Below are positions 16,963 through 26,174 of a stretch of 32,000 bases of DNA, in pieces (the first letter of the stretch is position 1; each line of letters begins with the position of its first letter). Origin of the DNA: Candidatus Omnitrophota bacterium (GTDB lineage Bacteria > Omnitrophota > Gorgyraeia > Zapsychrales > JANLHA01). The stretch is from NCBI GenBank assembly GCA_963662715.1, contig OY759724.1, positions 810,001 through 842,000 on the forward strand. The letters run 5' to 3'. The position numbers and the translations under genes were made by a program. The notes beneath the pieces were generated by a model. The model was given only the letters and a program-made list of their open reading frames with translations. It did not search any database and was not told the DNA's origin.

Positions 16963-18009
16963 ATGCAAATAAAAACCGCCCGTGCTTCGTGCCTGCTTCG
17001 TTTAATAAGTTTTTTCCTCTTTGGAGCCATGTGTTTCTTTGGAGGTTTCTATCTCGGCATGCATAAAGAGAGGATACTGGGCTTTCTGCAAAAAAACTAT
17101 CCCGCCATTCAAGCGGCTGTTGAGAAACGTGTGTCCCAGCTTCAACAAGGGCGGGGGCCGCAAATCATCGACATCCAGCCGGCAGAAAAACAAAAATCTT
17201 CCCGGCCGGCCCAGACGCCCATGCCGCTTCCGAACAAAGTCAAGAAAATAAGGATTTCTTCTTTTAATATCAGCAATTTTTCCAACAGCAACAACTCCGA
17301 CAATCTCATCCTGATGGCCCAGATCCTCAAATATTCTGATATTGTGGCTATTCAGGGACTCAAAGAGGAGGATACTCTCAAAAAAACTGTCGGCGTGCTC
17401 AGGAAGCTTGGACATAATTACAGCTATGACATCAGCCCTCCTGTCGGACGAGGCATCCAAGAACGATACGCGTTTCTCTATCGCCCCGATAAAGTGACCA
17501 TGATTCAGAAAGGGAAACTTTATCAGGAAAAGAAGACCCTTTTCTTCAGGGATCCTTTTTATACATCATTTCAAGCCGGGAATTTTGACTTTACCCTTGT
17601 AACTGTCCACATACCCGCCAGCGGTGATTCAGAAAGACAAATATCCGAAATAACAGCTTTAGCTGAAGTTTATGATGCTCTTCAAAAGGCAGCTCCCCTG
17701 GAACAAGACATTATTATTCTGGGAACGTTCAACCTTCCTCCCGATGACTCCTCCTGGAAAAATCTGCAAAGGTTTCCAACGATGACCTGTCTCATCAGGC
17801 CTCCGGAGACCACAACGATTACAGACAGTCTGCTGGGCGACAATCTCTGGTTTCAGAAGAAATACGTACGCGAGTATACAGGGACATCCGGTATTATAAG
17901 ATTTGATGAGAACATCTTCAAAAATGATGATAAAAAGGCTCAACAGGCCATTTCAAATCACAGGCCTGTTTGGGCGGATTTTTCTATCAGCGCTCCGGAT
18001 GACGACTGA
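16963..18009 (+). CDS. Membrane-anchored EEP / DNase I-like nuclease
   Basis: The ATG at 16963 follows GAGGGAG (the track start at 16948 is a TTG). N-terminal TM anchor, then IRISSFNISNF, DIVAIQGL and the C-terminal SNHRPVWADF. Confidence 0.8.
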   Translation: MQIKTARASCLLRLISFFLFGAMCFFGGFYLGMHKERILGFLQKNYPAIQAAVEKRVSQLQQGRGPQIIDIQPAEKQKSSRPAQTPMPLPNKVKKIRISSFNISNFSNSNNSDNLILMAQILKYSDIVAIQGLKEEDTLKKTVGVLRKLGHNYSYDISPPVGRGIQERYAFLYRPDKVTMIQKGKLYQEKKTLFFRDPFYTSFQAGNFDFTLVTVHIPASGDSERQISEITALAEVYDALQKAAPLEQDIIILGTFNLPPDDSSWKNLQRFPTMTCLIRPPETTTITDSLLGDNLWFQKKYVREYTGTSGIIRFDENIFKNDDKKAQQAISNHRPVWADFSISAPDDD

Positions 18010-18040
18010 GAGAACCCCGTTCCCCCTCTTTTTTTCTCCC

Positions 18041-18514
18041 CTATTCTTCAATAATGTAGGTATACCGGCCGTTTGGCGTCTGACGGAATTTTCCCATGGT
18101 CAGATCCCCGTCATCGACCGTAAGGTCTAATTGCTGTAATTCAATAAGCGTGGCTGTCGTCCCAAGAAGAGAAATCCCCGCATAAGGATAAGGCCCCCCT
18201 TCCCCCCAAGACGGGCCCTCCCAATTATAATGTCCGCCGAGGGCGTCGGAATCCCAGTTGCTTTGATTAATATACTGGTCCATTCCGGGCGGTAAAACGA
18301 TGTGGGCATCCGCAGGAAACATTCCAACGGTCAGCGAATACAACTGAAAGGCATCGCCAAATATGCGCAGGTCATTGGCAACCCGGGCAATCTTGGAATT
18401 TCTTCTCGCCCGGATCAGATTAGGGATCGCGATGGCCATTAAAAGCATAATCACCATTACGACGACCATAAGCTCAACCAATGTAAATCCGTTTTTTAAT
18501 CTCTTACCCGTCAT
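18041..18514 (-). CDS. GspG-like pseudopilin (prepilin-type N-terminal cleavage/methylation domain)
   Basis: KNGFTLVELMVVVMVIMLLMAIAIPNLIRARRNSKIARVANDLR is the classic G-FTLxE prepilin motif plus hydrophobic helix. I prefer the ATG at 18514 (MTGKRLKNGFTL) over the track start at 18547. Confidence 0.85.
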   Translation of the reverse strand: MTGKRLKNGFTLVELMVVVMVIMLLMAIAIPNLIRARRNSKIARVANDLRIFGDAFQLYSLTVGMFPADAHIVLPPGMDQYINQSNWDSDALGGHYNWEGPSWGEGGPYPYAGISLLGTTATLIELQQLDLTVDDGDLTMGKFRQTPNGRYTYIIEE

Positions 18515-18561
18515 AAAGCCCCCCTTGAGCACAAGGGCGTTATTCATAAAATCATTCGCGC

Positions 18562-18595
18562 AAAAAAAATGCCTATCCTTAAAATAAAAGAATAG
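18562..18595 (-). terminator. Intrinsic terminator forming the expression platform of riboswitch copy 1
   Basis: Minus-strand RNA CUAUUCUU-UUAUUUU-AAGGAUAG forms an 8-bp stem and is followed by GCAUUUUUUUU. The 5' arm CUAUUCUU can alternatively pair with AAGGAUAG in the aptamer. Confidence 0.6.
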
Positions 18596-18624
18596 ACAGT
18601 GACATAACGAGTCAATGATATTAT

Positions 18625-18735
18625 ATCGGTAACTGGCTATCCTTTTTTCAGGACCCTTTAGCTTTGCGCCCCCACCTTACGATGCACGCCCAGCGGCGTG
18701 TCAGCCTTTTCGCTGAGGTTTGCCTTTGTCGTATT
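18625..18735 (-). promoter_or_regulatory. c-di-GMP-I (GEMM-I) riboswitch aptamer, copy 1, with a 32-nt insertion in the first arm
   Basis: The reverse complement reads AGGCAAACC-[UCAGCGAAAAGGCUGA][CACGCCGCUGGGCGUG]-CAUCGUAAGGUGGGGGCGCAAAGCUAAAGGGUCCUGAAAAAAGGAUAGCCAGUUACCGA. The blocks GGCAAACC, a GNRA-capped hairpin, GGG(A/G)CGCAAAGC, GGGUC and AGCC..GUUACCGA match the Vibrio cholerae Vc2-type GEMM-I consensus as I recall it. Confidence 0.8.
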
Positions 18736-18753
18736 GACTCAAATCCTAATTAA

Positions 18754-18783
18754 ATTATAAACCAAACAAGACGGGGAATGCAA
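18754..18783 (-). promoter_or_regulatory. Sigma70-like promoter of the riboswitch-pseudopilin transcript
   Basis: The minus strand reads TTGCAT (18783-18778), an 18-nt spacer, then TATAAT (18759-18754). The predicted start lies ~10 nt upstream of the aptamer. Confidence 0.55.
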
Positions 18784-18944
18784 ATCTATTCAAAAACAGC
18801 CGCACGACATCCCTTTTTATCGCATCTCTCCCCTTCCGCAACAATTTTGGAGAACGACACAGTCTTAAATAGTTCAGCTTTCTTTTTTGGATTTTTCCTT
18901 TATAATAAAAAAATAGTCATTGTTTAACAACTTTAGTGCCCCAG

Positions 18945-20162
18945 ATGAAAACACTCATACTTACGAACGAATACCCCCCGAACATCTATGGCGGAGCAGG
19001 GGTTCATGTCGCCAATTTAAGCCGCGAACTCTCTCAATTATGTCAGATTGAAGTCCGCTGTTTTGGAGACCAGGAGCTGTCGCAGCCCAACCTCAAAGTC
19101 AGAGGTTATCAGAATTCGACTCTCCATTACTCGAATCCGGAAAACCATCACCGAGTGTTCGATGCCTTGCAGCGCTGCCTGCATTTCAACACAGACCAAA
19201 TAACGGCCCATATTATCCACGTTCATACCTGGTATACTCACTGGGGCGGTATTCTGGCAAAACTCAACTATTCCATCCCTCTGGTCGTTACCGTCCATTC
19301 CCTGGAACCTTTACGCCCGTGGAAAAAAGAGCAACTCGGGGGAGGTTATCATTTCAGCTCCTGGGTCGAAAAAACCTGTATTGAAATGGCCGATGCTGTG
19401 ATTGCCGTCTCGCAGGACACACAAAAAGATATTTTGCGTTTCTTCCATGTCCCTGAATCCAGAATCCATGTTATTCCTAACGGTATTGATCCGGAAAAAT
19501 ACCGGCCGGTCCAGGCCCCGGAACTCATTACGCCCCTGGGGATTGATCCCCATAAACCGTTTGTTCTCTTTGTGGGAAGAATCACGAGACAAAAAGGCAT
19601 TCTGCACCTCGTGAATGCCATTCCCTTTATGAAGAAAGATTTTCAAATCGTTCTCTGTGCCGGCTCTCCGGACACGAGAGAAATCTCCGAAGAGATGGAC
19701 GCCCATGTCAAACAAGCCAAAAAAAGCCATCCGGGAGTGATATGGGTCAAGAATCTTATTGATGAAAAAGTAAAAATAGCCTTATACTCTCATGCCGCCG
19801 TCTTCTGCTGCCCTTCGGTCTACGAACCTTTTGGCATTATCAACTTAGAGGCTATGGCATGCTCAACTCCTGTCGTTGCCTCAGCCGTCGGGGGAATCAA
19901 AGAGGTCGTTGAGGACAAGGCCACCGGATTCCTCGTTCCCGTAAAAATAAAAGATGATTCCCTCTTTGAACCGGACAATCCTGCTGAATTTTCTAAAGGA
20001 CTCGCAGAAAAAATTAACCAGCTGATGGAACAGCCGTCTTTGAGAGCCCGCTTTGGAGAAGCCGGTCGCCAACGCGTCCTCGAACACTTTACCTGGAAAA
20101 AAGTGGCGCAAGAAACATTAGAACTCTACCGGACTCTCAGGCCGGATATTCCGCATGTTTAG
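18945..20162 (+). CDS. GT4 glycosyltransferase, GlgA/GlgM-like (Corynebacterium-type glycogen synthase family)
   Basis: MKTLILTNEYPPNIYGGAGVHVANLSRELSQL...VRCFG resembles the N-terminus of the actinobacterial-type glycogen synthase family. The C-terminal EPFGIINLEAMACSTPVVASAVGGIKEVV is the GT4 E-x7-E region. There is no clear SD, and the track start at 18936 is a GTG. Confidence 0.8.
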   Translation: MKTLILTNEYPPNIYGGAGVHVANLSRELSQLCQIEVRCFGDQELSQPNLKVRGYQNSTLHYSNPENHHRVFDALQRCLHFNTDQITAHIIHVHTWYTHWGGILAKLNYSIPLVVTVHSLEPLRPWKKEQLGGGYHFSSWVEKTCIEMADAVIAVSQDTQKDILRFFHVPESRIHVIPNGIDPEKYRPVQAPELITPLGIDPHKPFVLFVGRITRQKGILHLVNAIPFMKKDFQIVLCAGSPDTREISEEMDAHVKQAKKSHPGVIWVKNLIDEKVKIALYSHAAVFCCPSVYEPFGIINLEAMACSTPVVASAVGGIKEVVEDKATGFLVPVKIKDDSLFEPDNPAEFSKGLAEKINQLMEQPSLRARFGEAGRQRVLEHFTWKKVAQETLELYRTLRPDIPHV

Positions 20163-20272
20163 CGTCCTCCGTCCATTTCCTCTCGTAAAAAATATACACA
20201 AGCCTTATCTCCCGGGCAGGTTCTGCGGACTCCCTCTTTAAAAAAATGGGGAAAAAATATGGTAACGGCAGG

Positions 20273-20986
20273 TTAAGGGTCGGCTAGGATATTACTGTTT
20301 CCAATAATATTTTCGATATCTGAAGACACCCTTTCAATGGAAAGGGAATAATCCCCGGCACAAAACAAAACAATATCTGCTTTTTTCTTTGTCGGGGCAC
20401 CGTAATGCCGGAATTCCCGCAAATTACTCCCGACAAATGTGGCGATGGCCTTTTTATGCGAATAACCGCGTTCTGTTATGTCGCGGGTGAAACGGGTTTT
20501 CAGTTGGGTATTCAAATCAGAATCAATAAAGATCAGAAAATCAATAAAACCCGAAAATTCCGGATAGGAAGCGATCTCTCCGTCTAAGATAATATACTTC
20601 GTGGGGGAAAAAGAAATTGTTCGGTCAATATATCCGAGCTGCGGGTTATAGACGGGCTTTGCAATGCTTAACCCCATCTTAAGCATAGCCAGCTGTTCAG
20701 AAATGAGATCCATATCATTGGCTTGCGGATGCGGGCCAAAAATGCCTTTCTTTTCCCGTACCGTCCTTGGTGTTTTATAATGATCCAAGGAAAGGACCCC
20801 GGCGTCCTTTAATTCCTTTTTCAGATGACGACAAAAAGAAGATTTGCCGCACCCCCCTGGCCCGCCCACGGCAATAAGCGCCGGCTCCTGACAGGAATGC
20901 TTTTCAGCAAAAAGCGCGGAAACAATACCGGCCATAATGACAGTAAGCCCTTGTTTCTCTAAGGCGGATGAGTGTGCTATCGACAT
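20273..20986 (-). CDS. Uridine kinase / phosphoribulokinase family P-loop kinase
   Basis: Walker A IAVGGPGGCGKSSF, plus LDHYK and ILDGE motifs spaced as in Udk/PRK family proteins. Confidence 0.65.
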   Translation of the reverse strand: MSIAHSSALEKQGLTVIMAGIVSALFAEKHSCQEPALIAVGGPGGCGKSSFCRHLKKELKDAGVLSLDHYKTPRTVREKKGIFGPHPQANDMDLISEQLAMLKMGLSIAKPVYNPQLGYIDRTISFSPTKYIILDGEIASYPEFSGFIDFLIFIDSDLNTQLKTRFTRDITERGYSHKKAIATFVGSNLREFRHYGAPTKKKADIVLFCAGDYSLSIERVSSDIENIIGNSNILADP

Positions 20987-21361
20987 AAAATATTATTCCG
21001 CTTGTCTGAATTGAATAAAGAATTTTAGAAACCGGATCAGTATAACTTTGCACAAGGCTTTTGTCGAGAGAAAGTTTTTAATGCCGCTGTCTCCTCCTGC
21101 AAAACTGCTCCATATCCGGGATACGGGCATCCCCAAAACGTTTGTGTAGCGTTCCAGATTAAAAGGATGATATACGGCCTAGGAGGCCAATTTCCCGGAG
21201 TAAAAGCAGCGGGGACATCTCTCTCCTTGGCTCCGGCAGCAAAATCTTGCCTGTATTAAAAACTATCGCAAGGATAATTCTTCAGGTAAAATAATTATAA
21301 ATTATTATAAAAACGCATATCGTATGATAAATGCCCATCATCTCAACTCAAGGAGGCGGAA

Positions 21362-22090
21362 ATGGGAAAGAATGTCCGGATGATATCATTGCTAACGTCT
21401 TTTCTGCTGTTTGTCATACCCTCTCGTTCTCATGCCATTATTATCGACTTTACCGGCGGAACGGTGACATTGGATAACGGCACGCAAGGGACAACAAACA
21501 ACTTTGAATTATGGATGGATACGGTCGATTATTATGAAGAAAACGGCATTAAAATAGATTTTATTGACGGATACGGCACCGTGGGTGACTATTATTCTAT
21601 CGGTCCCGGAGGATTTGTGGGGAATGATGTCCTCCATGCCCATTGGACAGATGTCAGCGCGGTCGTTTTCACTAAAATAGACGGCACACTTTTTGATCTG
21701 AATTATTTCGATGTCACTTCAAACACATCCTACGGAGGCGGGCAAACGCAGGGAGATGAGTTGTCCTATATTACAGCGTCGAACGGATATTCACTGCTTC
21801 TGCCTTCCTCTGACTGGGGATTCGATACAGATTTCTTCGGCGAGCCTGGGGACGGGGTGGCAAGGCTATGGCTTGACAGTCATTTCGATAATATTGCGTC
21901 TTTTACTGTCACGTCGCAAACAGCGTTTTGTTTCGGCTTGGACAATTTCTTCATCGATGAGGAGCCGCCCCCGCCTGTCCCTGAACCCGGGACATTGTTT
22001 CTCTTGGGAAGCGGGCTGGCCTATCTTTTAACACGAACTGAAAAACACAAACAAACGGGGGCCGGGAAGTCTCCTACGACTTTCGTTTAA
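21362..22090 (+). CDS. PEP-CTERM sorting domain protein
   Basis: Signal peptide. The C-terminal PVPEPGTLFLLGSGLAYLLTRTEKHK has the VPEP motif, a TM helix and a basic tail. AAGGAGG RBS. Confidence 0.9.
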   Translation: MGKNVRMISLLTSFLLFVIPSRSHAIIIDFTGGTVTLDNGTQGTTNNFELWMDTVDYYEENGIKIDFIDGYGTVGDYYSIGPGGFVGNDVLHAHWTDVSAVVFTKIDGTLFDLNYFDVTSNTSYGGGQTQGDELSYITASNGYSLLLPSSDWGFDTDFFGEPGDGVARLWLDSHFDNIASFTVTSQTAFCFGLDNFFIDEEPPPPVPEPGTLFLLGSGLAYLLTRTEKHKQTGAGKSPTTFV

Positions 22091-24227
22091 ATCCCTGTTT
22101 AGTCGAATAAAAGAACCACTTGATTCTTGTCCGCCAAGGGATATTAACTTTCCCATTCTTATACTCGTATTCCAAAATCACGTTACCTTCGTCATAATAC
22201 TTTGTCTTCCCGTTCAGCACTCCGTTTTCATAAGTCTTTTCCCACTGTAATTGTTCGTCCTTATCATAAATCCTCTCGATGCCGTGTTTTTTATTATGAA
22301 AATACGGTGTCTCCTGAATAAGCCGCCCCTGTTTATCATACTGTTTCTTAAATATTATCTGGCCCTCTTTGTAAACATGTTCATAATCTTTATATCCTGT
22401 GCCCCTGAATTCCGTGTACGTTCCATCATATTCTCCCTGACGATACGTCACGGCTGTCTGCACCGAGCCGTCTTCGTTATAAACAGTAAACAAACCGTGT
22501 TTTTTATTGTTCCGGTATTCCCCTTCGCTCCAAACCTGACCGCTTTCATAAAAAGCCCGGTATGGCCCGTTCCGGGCTCCGCCCTCGTAAGTTACCTCCT
22601 CGAGAACCTCGCCGCTGTCATAACGATTTACAATCAGGCCATCTTTCTTAGAGGATTGCACTTCCGAAGACGGCAGGGGGATTTCAAGTTCTCCTTGAAT
22701 ATGATCCTGCCCTTCGGTCCCATGCCCCCCGGGGGTTTCCCAGGATCCCTGCAGCCATTGTAGCGCGTGATCCCACATATCCGGAGGAGCATAACGGTGT
22801 CCGCCCGCAAACTCAATCCAGGCCGTCTCCCAGCCTAACTCTTGCAGGAAACGACGGTCATGCTTCATGTCTTCATAGCGGAAATCCGTCGGACTGGCTA
22901 AAAACACCGCCATCTTCTTCTCCGGGTAAAATTCCCGGCTGTTTTCGTCCCGGTAAGTCTTATGCATCATTCCGGTATTAACAATCACCCCGGAAACGGT
23001 ATCCGGGAAATGATACGAAAACGCGTGAGCGCCCATCCCCCCGCCGGAAAAACCGGCGGCAATAATCTTTGATTCGTCAACCGGCAAATTTGTTAAGACC
23101 CAGTCTAAAATCGAACAAATTTCCCTCAACTGCTTATCCATAGCGACACCGTTACGGAATCTTTTCGATGCATAAACAATCCACTGGTTCTCCTCAGCGG
23201 CTTTCTCGAGCGTATGAATCAATTTTTGGGCATCAGCATTCGGGGAAAGGGCAATGACCAAAGGGTACTTTTTATTGAAATCTATCTGGCTGGGGACATA
23301 AATCACACACGGTTCTTCTTCGATGATCTGCGGGTCAGGAGACAAAGAGATAAGTTGCGGTTTCTTTTCATAAAAATCATAAGAGATAATTTTCGGGGCC
23401 ATCGACAGGGGACATCGGCCTCCCGGGCATTTGCTGAACTTTTGCCAATAGACACCCAGACCGGCGTAAACACAAATAATCAAGAGCGTAAAAAGAATAA
23501 CTTCTATAAGGTCACGTCTGGGGTGGCTGGGATAAGTGTCGGTGACCAGTTTTTCCCCTTTGCAGGCTTTCAAACTAAAAAATGTCTGAACAAGAACAGC
23601 CTGGACGAAAGGAAAAATTAAAATCATGAGAATGTTCTGCAGCAGCGACTTCTCTTTAAAACCGATATCGGCCCAGGTCAGCAATCCGGGAAGCATGGCC
23701 AGGGTTATCATCATGATGTAAAGGACAAACAACCGCCAAAAATACCCCCGCACCAACTGCCAGCTTTTTCCAAAAGATTTCGAGACAGACGTATTCTCCA
23801 AAAGGACAAAAACATCAACAAAAACAAAGACAACGGACAAAAAAATTCCCGGGATGAGAAAAAGGAAATATCCCGCTCCCACCATAAAATAAAATAGAAA
23901 CGAAACAACAATATATTTCCAAAGCCTGTTTTTAATACTTAAAAACGCCTCTCCCAAAGAAGGGACGGGTTTCGACGGCCATTGAGATACGGAATAAATT
24001 AAGATAGCAGCCCCTAAAAAATAAAAAATTTTATAGAACAATGTCAGGGCATACCAGCTCCAGAGATGAGTGGGCCATTTCCAAGGCAAAAATATCAGAA
24101 GTTTCATGCCATGCGCCAGAAAACTCACGGCCATAAAGGAGATGAAATGGTCGCGGTAAACGCTCCAGGACCGTTGCAATATCCGGATCAGGCTAAATTC
24201 TTTCTTCATATTTAAGTCATCCACCAT
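22074..24227 (-). CDS. Three-part protein: N-terminal multi-pass membrane domain, central alpha/beta esterase, C-terminal MORN-variant (YwqK-like) repeats
   Basis: About 270 aa of TM helices. The esterase part has AAGFSGGGMGAH (GxSxG). The C-terminal repeats include YESGQVWSEGEYRNNKKHGLFTVYNEDGS, YRQGEYDGTYTEF, FHNKKHGIERIY and YENGVLNGKTKYY. An alternative start is the ATG at 24209. The 3' end overlaps the convergent PEP-CTERM gene by 17 nt. Confidence 0.8.
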   Translation of the reverse strand: MVDDLNMKKEFSLIRILQRSWSVYRDHFISFMAVSFLAHGMKLLIFLPWKWPTHLWSWYALTLFYKIFYFLGAAILIYSVSQWPSKPVPSLGEAFLSIKNRLWKYIVVSFLFYFMVGAGYFLFLIPGIFLSVVFVFVDVFVLLENTSVSKSFGKSWQLVRGYFWRLFVLYIMMITLAMLPGLLTWADIGFKEKSLLQNILMILIFPFVQAVLVQTFFSLKACKGEKLVTDTYPSHPRRDLIEVILFTLLIICVYAGLGVYWQKFSKCPGGRCPLSMAPKIISYDFYEKKPQLISLSPDPQIIEEEPCVIYVPSQIDFNKKYPLVIALSPNADAQKLIHTLEKAAEENQWIVYASKRFRNGVAMDKQLREICSILDWVLTNLPVDESKIIAAGFSGGGMGAHAFSYHFPDTVSGVIVNTGMMHKTYRDENSREFYPEKKMAVFLASPTDFRYEDMKHDRRFLQELGWETAWIEFAGGHRYAPPDMWDHALQWLQGSWETPGGHGTEGQDHIQGELEIPLPSSEVQSSKKDGLIVNRYDSGEVLEEVTYEGGARNGPYRAFYESGQVWSEGEYRNNKKHGLFTVYNEDGSVQTAVTYRQGEYDGTYTEFRGTGYKDYEHVYKEGQIIFKKQYDKQGRLIQETPYFHNKKHGIERIYDKDEQLQWEKTYENGVLNGKTKYYDEGNVILEYEYKNGKVNIPWRTRIKWFFYSTKQGFKRKS

Positions 24228-24253
24228 AGCTTGTTTCTAAGTTTCCTGCCTCT

Positions 24254-25162
24254 TTAGTCCAACTCAAAAATAAATTCAAAGTCGGCATCCTGTTTAGGAT
24301 CCGCCGGTTTCTTTTTCCATAGCCGGCAAAAAATTCTGGCCGGCAAGTCCGTAATCCGGAAATAAAGTTCTTTTTGATACGGACTTCCGTTATTACAGCC
24401 TCCCGGATAACCGCAACTGCCTCCCACATGAATGAAGCCCCTTAAGAGGCAAGGTTCTTTCAGGATAAGGCTGTCTTTCGTGCCTTTCACTCCGGAAGAC
24501 AGATCAGGATCAATGTAAATATAATTGTATCCGAAGTCGATGGCATTCATCCGGTCAAAAGTAAATGACGTGGACCACGAGGATAAATTTAAAGCCCGCT
24601 TTTCTCTGAAAAAGCTCCCCAAATCATATTTGGCCACAGCCTGGTGTTTCACCCGCGACCAAGATAACCGGCTTGGCCTAGGGTAAACAGGATAACACCC
24701 GCTCTTGAGACGAAAAGCCTGCCCTTCCAGCAGGTAAAGCAGATGGAAAGGATTGGCTATGATCCGGCTTTCTTCGGACAATCCTTCAATACTGCGTTCA
24801 CCGTTGCCATAACAAAACTGTCCCCTTAAACCCCACCAGGGCTTCCCGCTTTGAATGGCACCAAAGACAGAAGGAGCGGGACTGTATTCACCTTGAACGA
24901 GGTCCCGATACTCTTCGACATACTGCTTCCGTATTTCATATATCTTCTCCCGGGATAAGCCGTCCAATTCCAGGGGCGGATGGGTCGGGATACGGATATG
25001 CGGTTGGGCAGGAGCCCCCTTCACAACACGCAGGAAATTCACATCGCGGGGAAGAGCATGGGCAGGATGATAGGCGGGAGTCTTAGGTAAAGAGTCAAAT
25101 TTGTACTTGGCTATCAGGATACCCGCAAAAATAATCAGCAAATAAACGGTTGTCTTTCTCAT
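24254..25162 (-). CDS. Hypothetical exported/anchored protein
   Basis: 302-aa ORF with N-terminal hydrophobic segment MRKTTVYLLIIFAGILIA. No motif recognised. Only 26 nt from the next gene on the same strand. Confidence 0.7.
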   Translation of the reverse strand: MRKTTVYLLIIFAGILIAKYKFDSLPKTPAYHPAHALPRDVNFLRVVKGAPAQPHIRIPTHPPLELDGLSREKIYEIRKQYVEEYRDLVQGEYSPAPSVFGAIQSGKPWWGLRGQFCYGNGERSIEGLSEESRIIANPFHLLYLLEGQAFRLKSGCYPVYPRPSRLSWSRVKHQAVAKYDLGSFFREKRALNLSSWSTSFTFDRMNAIDFGYNYIYIDPDLSSGVKGTKDSLILKEPCLLRGFIHVGGSCGYPGGCNNGSPYQKELYFRITDLPARIFCRLWKKKPADPKQDADFEFIFELD

Positions 25163-25364
25163 CGTGGCCCCACTTTCAAAACCGGATCAACCCAGCATAA
25201 ATCATAATTTTTTCAACAACTGTCTGTAGCCGCAAATAGGCCTGTCTAAAATTAAATGTAGCACGTTCAGGCGCATAGAACCATTACAAACGTGACTTTT
25301 CTTTATAAAGCAGAAGCCGGGAATGCCCCGCCAGGCAAGAACTTCATTGAGTCCTCGCTTCAAA

Positions 25365-25718
25365 TCACTGTGATTTTTCAGAGAAGACATCCTCATAAAG
25401 ATCGCTGAAAGAACGATCACTCTCTTCTTGTTCCCCGGATGACTTTTGCCAATTCTCCGTCCTCTTCAGAGGGCATCTTGAGCGGGGGAAACTCTGGGGG
25501 GAATTGACCGCAACGGCAACGAACAGGGCCATACCGACGGCATAAAGGGCCAGGGGTTTATAGGCCCGTTTAAAATCCAGAACGATTACAACTAAAAACA
25601 TGACAGGGAAAAACAGACACACCAGGCCCCAGAGAACACCTCTTTCAAAAGCTAAAACAAGAAGCCAAATGTAGCTGACAAGCATGGTGCCAAGCCCTAA
25701 TAAAAGAAGAAGTTTCAT
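25365..25718 (-). CDS. Small membrane protein, unknown function
   Basis: 117-aa ORF with an AAGGAGG RBS, three hydrophobic helices, and an acidic C-terminal tail. Confidence 0.65.
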   Translation of the reverse strand: MKLLLLLGLGTMLVSYIWLLVLAFERGVLWGLVCLFFPVMFLVVIVLDFKRAYKPLALYAVGMALFVAVAVNSPQSFPRSRCPLKRTENWQKSSGEQEESDRSFSDLYEDVFSEKSQ

Positions 25719-25845
25719 GGTCGATGCCTCCTTGTTTTTACAATCACGCTTACCCTGTTAAAAAGAATTATTTATCATTACTATTTTATATCGGAAATCA
25801 GGCTTATGTTAATAATAATGATGAATAGATATCATCTCCATTTGT

Positions 25846-25883
25846 AAAAAAAACGGGGACAATTCTTCTGAAATTGTCCCCGT
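25846..25883 (-). terminator. Rho-independent terminator after the 84-aa gene
   Basis: Minus-strand stem ACGGGGACAAUU / AAUUGUCCCCGU (12 bp, 7-nt loop) followed by UUUUUUUU. Confidence 0.8.
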
Positions 25884-25920
25884 TTAACCGCACATAAGAG
25901 GCATAACTCAGCTTCCTCCT

Positions 25921-26174
25921 TTAAAAACGCGGGCGCCATTTGTTTTTCTGTAGTGCCTCCGCCATCTGGGCGCCCTTCAGCTTGCAGACATACGCAGCGA
26001 TTATTTTTCTTATCTCCTGTTTCCGGGCTCCGTACTGTCTGGCCGCCCGCAGAAGCTCAACACAATCCTCATATTGTTCTTTGTGCAAAGCTTCTTGAAA
26101 ATAAAATAACGCTGTCACTTTAAGCATATGATCCGAAGCTATTAACGGATTTTCCAACAATGTTGTCTGTCTCA
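25921..26174 (-). CDS. Small helical hypothetical protein (84 aa)
   Basis: The ATG at 26174 is preceded by AAGGAGGTG. The track start at 26202 would include that RBS. No family recognised. Confidence 0.6.

Noticed and set aside
17002-17943. ORFs 17002-17460(-), 17021-17251(+), 17142-17330(-) and 17659-17943(-).
   Set aside because: They lie inside the EEP/DNase-I-like gene, whose frame has the family motifs.
19038-20111. Antisense or alternative-frame ORFs within the GT4 gene.
   Set aside because: The plus-strand frame carries GT4 motifs over its whole length.
22251-23911. Plus-strand ORFs 22251-22763 and 23214-23621, and the short minus-strand ORFs.
   Set aside because: They are embedded in the 717-aa gene. 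No independent start signals.
25202-25420. 72-aa minus-strand ORF overlapping the end of the 117-aa membrane protein gene.
   Set aside because: It has no RBS, a 56-nt out-of-frame overlap and a featureless product. I cannot exclude it, but there is no support.
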